A stretch of 63,703 nucleotides of DNA, counting the filler, from Lenisia limosa (Eukaryota; Protista; Breviatea), in the NCBI GenBank assembly GCA_001655205.1. It is 8 parts of 8 records of this genome, joined end to end, with 100 filler letters (N's around TTAATTAATTAA, not from the genome) between each part and the next. Parts side by side here need not be neighbours in the genome. Positions count along the whole stretch, not along the records: positions 55,752 to 63,703 come from LPNZ01008728.1; 7 more parts are not named here. One strand, written 5' to 3'. The translations under genes were made by a program, and so were the position numbers. This document shows, piece after piece, positions 58,801-63,703 of the stretch (position 1 is its first letter; the number at the start of each line of letters is the position of its first letter). The notes below the pieces were generated by a model, which was not told the origin of the DNA, did not search any database, and worked only from the letters and a program-made list of their open reading frames with translations.

Positions 58801-60430
58801 GGTTCAGAAGTGACAACTCCACGACAATGGAGGGAAATGGGCATTCTATGACGGTCAATTTGGATTCTATGGTGGAAAAATTGGCAATAGGTATGAAATA
58901 TGAATTCTATGAAGGTTAGGGCTTCATCACGATTCGAAAAAAGACGAAATTTCTCGATAAATTAACGAATAATATCGATATGATGGAATACTATTTTTGA
59001 TAGTTCGAACTGTATATGATATACTGCATCTGCCTATGATACAGTATATTTCAATATCATATCNNNNNNNNNNNNNNNNNNNNNNNNNNNNNNNNNNNNN
59101 NNNNNNNNNNNNNNNNNNNNNNNNNNNNNNNNNNNNNNNNNNNNNNNNNNNNNNNNNNNNNNNNNNNNNNNNNNNNNNNNNNNNNNNNNNNNNNNNNNNN
59201 NNNNNNNNNNNNNNNNNNNNNNNNNNNNNNNNNNNNNNNNNNNNNNNNNNNNNCAGTTGAGGCAGTCCAGGGTACCCGGGTGTAAGATGTACCGGCATCC
59301 GAGGAATATTCAACAAAAAAGGACTTGTATAACTGTGAGTGTTAGTATCATCACGCTTAAAAGATACATATTGATGAGATCATGCTAATCCTATAAGTCC
59401 TAAATATATCTTCAACAAAAGAACTTGCATTATACATTAGTAGAAGGAATATGGGAAAATGAGAAATGTTAACCAGCCCACATTATCACATTTAGAAGAT
59501 ACTATTGATATGTTACTATGAATCTATCAAAAAAATAATGATGAAGCCCAAAAAAAGGCAAATCGAAGGAAGATGTAATGAAATCATTTTCCTCCTCGAA
59601 AACTACCAGAAAACCACAAACGTTTTCCTGCAGTTGTGAAGCTGAACCGCCATTTCCGTTTGACACCGAAAATTCAACTGCGGGGTAAACGAAGGAAATT
59701 GAAGAAAAATGTACTAATCACGAACCGAATAATCTGAAACTCCAAACAACAAAAAACAAAAAAAAAACAAGCAAGCCCGAGCCAGCCTTTGAAGAGTCCC
59801 ACCACCGCTCGATCCCCCAGGAGGAGTAAAATTGTACATTTTATGAAACAAAAAAAAATGCCCAAAATCAATTCTGTTGGCTAGGGGGGGGGGGGGNNNN
59901 NNNNNNNNNNNNNNNNNNNNNNNNNNNNNNNNNNNNNNNNNNNCCAAATAAAAAAGAATAATTGCTGAAACAAAATAAAAATTAATAATTGCTGAAACAC
60001 ACAAAACAACCCAAAAACAACAAAACAAACAAAGCCCAGGCAGCACCGTAACAGCCTTCTACTACCCCTAACAAGTCGCAAATATTCTTGCGAAGTTCAA
60101 CATATAAAACTCCTCGTTCAGACACGTAGTTGTGTCATTTCTCATTTCTACCTATTACATATGACATACCTCCAGCTCCGGCGGAACGATGTTATGGCTG
60201 GGAGACAAGATAGAATGCAAGATTGAATAACGGGATGTGGGAGGGGTGAAACGAAAGACCATATCAATAAGGGATATTGCCAACATTCTACTTCCCCAAT
60301 CTAGCGTGATTCAGGAGTTATCAAGAGTGAGAAGAAACTGCATCAGGAGATACGTCAAATCACCAACCTCTCAATCCTGCAGCCGAGTCGGTGAGGACGG
60401 TGGGGGCGCCACAAGTTGAGTATTCGCCAC
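55850..60430 (-). CDS. Partial multi-exon extracellular protein (FN3/PKD/REJ-like beta domains)
   Basis: Exons VEYSSDAGTSYTRVPWTAST, IECPFPSIVVELSLLNPTVHQSGNQNVIRS, FSFTISVSNWLNG, LFIDGVSVYNLPTPPA and VSISWNATEDADSYTVELE (FN3-like W...Y). The domain call is by resemblance only. Confidence 0.45.
57181..57279 (-). mobile_element. Degenerate hAT MITE copy
   Basis: ...GCACTTCG...ATAAATCCTCGATAAATATCGATATTTTACC...GTGGAGCCCTA; left TIR decayed. Confidence 0.65.
57290..57372 (+). mobile_element. hAT MITE, variant-TIR subfamily (83 bp)
   Basis: TAAGGCTTCCCTACGGTCCG...GGGACCGTCGGGAAACCCTA; perfect TSD CACACAAC. Confidence 0.85.
57464..57526 (-). repeat. 20-bp tandem repeat x3 spanning an acceptor site
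   Basis: Minus-strand unit GTCCGTTTTAG|CTTTTCATT; the last copy opens exon LFIDGVSV. Confidence 0.8.
58148..58278. repeat. Small inverted-repeat element, second copy at about 51262-51360
   Basis: TCCGTTCAATT...AATTGAACGGA ends; shared core CTCCGT(T/G)CAATTAATT...AATTGC..AATTTGAAGTG. Confidence 0.5.
58358..58457 (-). mobile_element. hAT MITE, 100 bp, reverse orientation
   Basis: Perfect 8-bp TSD TATGTATT on both sides; TIRs TAAAGCTTCACTTCGATTCG / CGAAGTGAAGCCCTA. Confidence 0.93.
58917..58985. mobile_element. Truncated hAT MITE
   Basis: TAGGGCTTCATCACGATTCGAAAAAAGAC...AATATCGATA; similar decayed remnants at about 31680-31775 and 62110-62179. Confidence 0.55.
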
Positions 60431-60766
60431 TACAGTAGACTGCAGCATTAACTGAGGCAAGAAAGGTAGCTAGAAGAAGCAGTAAAAACTGCACCATTCT
60501 GTCGGAAATAAGGATTCTGTATTGTCTGCCTATTTACTTATGTACATAACTTCTAAAGTATTTCCGTTGCTAAAAGGCTTCAGCANNNNNNNNNNNNNNN
60601 NNNNNNNNNNNNNNNNNNNNNNNNNNNNNNNNNNNNNNNNNNNNNNNNNNNNNNNNNNNNNNNNNNNNNNNNNNNNNNNNNNNNNNNNNNNNNNNNNNNN
60701 NNNNNNNNNNNNNNNNNNNNNNNAGCTACATTCTTATAACATTTTCTGTGTCACAAACCGTCAATA

Positions 60767-62243
60767 ATGGCCGCACCCAGCAATGACAAGATGCGTCGTC
60801 TCCAGGACGACGTCGATGAGGTCAAATCAGTGATGCAGGACAATATCGGTGAGCTAAGGAAGCAGAAAGCTTGTTTTGATGATTCATTTTTTTGATTTCT
60901 CCACTCTCTCTCACGCCTTTCTCTCCAGATAAAGTCATTGATCGTGGTGAGAAGCTGGATACTATGCAAAACAAGGCAGACAACCTCAACACCCAGGTTT
61001 GCCACGCTGTTCTGTTTTTGGAATCCCATCCTTGAAACAATCAATATCACTCTGGATTTGTGACCTAATATAAGCCTTTGGTCTATTATTTGTATTTAAG
61101 GATGGGCATTTGCCGAGAAAAATTGATCAAACATCAACTTAACAAATTGTGAAACGTTATCTGTCACTCGATCTATACTGTCTTGTTTGCTCTAATAAAG
61201 GACATCCAATACTCATAACAAAAAAAATGGAATAGTGTTTAAGTTCCTTGCAATATATGCAAGTAAAATATACTCCTTTTTTTGAAAGTCCGTGTTAATA
61301 TCGATATTCATGGGCATTTTCATATGTGCTTCGAACTTTGGGCTGCATATTTATTTAGACAATTGTCTGCCACTTTTTATGGAGCCAGTTCAAGGCAGCA
61401 AATCGAATGACTGTTATTGTCAAATCTGTATATGAACAAGAAAATGGTCACTCTTCAAACTTTATATTATATTTTTTCGATGAGCCACCAATTTAAAGGA
61501 GAAGGGGACAAAAGGGGCGCGCGCTTTTCTTATCTCTTTTTTTGGTTTTGTTCTTTGAGAGTTGTTCTTTTTAAAAAAATATTATTCTTTTTTTTTTGAT
61601 AGCTTAGGCATTCCAATTCCGATCATCATCAAAGAAGCTGAAGAACCAAATGTGGTGGTAGGTGGGGGAGATTGAGGGGTGCAGGGGGGTAAAGTTTAAT
61701 GTGGGTAAAAATAGAAAATTTATGAAGGAAATAAAGCCCAGAATCAAATATAATGGCTAAGTATTTGGGAAACTGAATTGTGCAATGATGTTTGTTAACT
61801 TTTTTGTTTCATGATCAAAGATTTGATTTAATATGGAAATACAAACAATAATGTGAGTTTGGCCGAGAAAAGGAACTACATTGATTTATAGCTAACCAAT
61901 AACTAACCGTTTGTGTTTGAGAAGGAGGTTGGTAGTAGCAGAGGTGGATATGTTTGGAGTTCTTTTTTGTTTATGGTTCGTACGTAACGTATCAATACAA
62001 AATGAAATAATCAACAAACCCCTTCAAGGAAGGACAATAGCATTGGTTTGTCTGTAGTCATGAACTTCTTCTACTACGGAATAAGAATAATAATAAAAGC
62101 TTGCAGCAGTGATCCTGAAAATAACCGAATTTCTTGATAATCATCGATAGTTTACCAATCTTACCTGAGTGAAGCCCCACTTTTTAACTGACTATTTCAG
62201 GAAGAACATGAAGCTCAACCTCATTATTTTCGGTGTCATCATG
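60767..62243 (+). CDS. VAMP: Synaptobrevin/VAMP-family R-SNARE (brevin type); last exon not located
   Basis: Exons 60767-60848, 60929-60996, 61608-61657 and 62201-62243 splice to MAAPSNDKMRRLQDDVDEVKSVMQDNIDKVIDRGEKLDTMQNKADNLNTQAFQFRSSSKKLKNQMWWKNMKLNLIIFGVIM; zero-layer Arg in DRGEKL. Confidence 0.93.
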
Positions 62244-63703
62244 GTGGGTTTTTAACTGCAATTTTCATTGGAGCAAATGAAAACAAAAAAAATACATGAT
62301 ATTAAATCAATAACGGTTTCAGATTGTGGTCTACTTCCTTGTTGCTCAATTCTGCGGAGTGGGGGGGGGGGGNNNNNNNNNNNNNNNNNNNNNNNNNNNN
62401 NNNNNNNNNNNNNNNNNNNNNNNNNNNNNNNNNNNNNNNNNNNNNNNNNNTGGGGAATGAATGGGAAAAGTCCAGGTTTGTGTCCATGATTCTCTGAACC
62501 CATCATCTTTGCGTTTTGCTTATTTTGTTTGTTTTGTTTTTCTTAATATTAACCGCGCCAGTTTACCCTGAGCAAGTGTACCGGGTCGAATGATGACAAC
62601 TCTGATTCATCATCATAAACCTCCCCCCTTTTTGTCTATTTATTTCTTGTTTTGATGTATCTTTGGATGAACATCAAGAAGTGCCTTCATTTTATTGGAA
62701 ATATTTAAGTCACAAAAAAACCCGAGTTTCTTGATTAATCCTCAAAATAGGGATATTGTATTCGTCTTTATGAATGTTTTGGAGGGCGTCAGTCGCTATA
62801 TATTGGTTATAGCAAAGGGAGGGGGGCGCTTTGATGTGGGTGGAGGTGGCAGAATATCATATTTTACATTTGATAATTGTTGTATGAATTCTCATTTTTC
62901 ATCCCCTCCCCCTCCCCCTTATTTTATTGGTTTTCGAATACCATTATATATTTTGAAGATAATAAATAAAACGGGTGCACACCACGTTAGATATTGGACA
63001 ATATTTTCCCATCCCTCCTGTGTATAGTTTTCTGTATATCTATATACATATATAAACAAGGACTATTAATATCAATTTACTATTTCAGATTAATAATTGT
63101 AATATCGCTTTTGGTCTGGCCGGCCGTCCACACTATCAATCTTGGGTAATATATGATATTCACCCAAGTTAGAAAATTCATACTTAGAAAAGAAAAAAAA
63201 AGCATTAATAACAGAACAAAAAAAAAACAATATAGCGGAAACAAAAACCATACCACCACCATGAAAACTAGATCTGAGCACTTTCGGGTTCGGTAACCTG
63301 TGTCAGTCAATATTGCGAATATTGCGACTTTTAACCCATACTCGTGAACATATAATATTGTACATATTAACACATGTCAATATCCATAATACGTCCTCCA
63401 TCCAACCGGAGTTTTGGCGATGGATTTGTTGATTAGAAGGGCGGAAGACATCGCTGCTGCAGCGCAAAACGAGAAGAAAGCTGCAGAATTAGTGTTGGGA
63501 TTAGAAATATAATAAGAATATCTGGCCGAAGCCGTCCACACCATTGCGCTGAGAGATATTGGATTATAGAATAATATTAAAAATCAATTGGGAAGATTGT
63601 GGGAAATATACAGTGTGGTTGGAATATTTATTAAACAAAAAATGCCGACAAGAAAAAAAACTTCTATTAATATATTATATAAATATGGGATACCCCCCCC
63701 CCC

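Noticed and set aside
1-63703. Fanzor/TnpB, reverse transcriptase, integrase or viral capsid/polB genes
   Set aside because: No recognisable RuvC, RT (YxDD), integrase or viral motifs by eye; highly divergent relics cannot be excluded without HMM searches.

Overview
Intron-rich, AT-rich eukaryotic (protist-like) genomic DNA using the standard genetic code. It is not one locus: seven 100-bp artificial spacers (N44-TTAATTAATTAA-N44) join eight contigs (1-4739, 4840-8802, 8903-14325, 14426-23690, 23791-30567, 30668-53728, 53829-55651, 55752-63703), so adjacency is meaningful only within a contig. All gene models are hand-spliced and approximate. Recognisable genes: a WD40-repeat protein, an LRRC74-like LRR protein, a PUF60-like UHM splicing factor (3' part), a synaptobrevin/VAMP R-SNARE and two probable surface proteins. 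The most notable gene is a roughly 15-kb multi-exon gene encoding four or more Nab2/ZC3H14-type CCCH zinc fingers, a DEAH/RHA helicase, a KH-like segment and an RBR E3 ligase, possibly preceded by a divergent SH3. Mobile DNA: a decayed intronic hAT transposon, a roughly 100-bp hAT MITE family with related TIRs and 8-bp TSDs, an internally deleted Tc1 element, a Tc1-type MITE family and several unclassified dispersed repeats. Two unusual intron-level patterns recur: short tandem duplications straddling splice sites (six cases), and poly-C acceptor tracts with G-run donors. No CRISPR array, rRNA or intact tRNA was seen.
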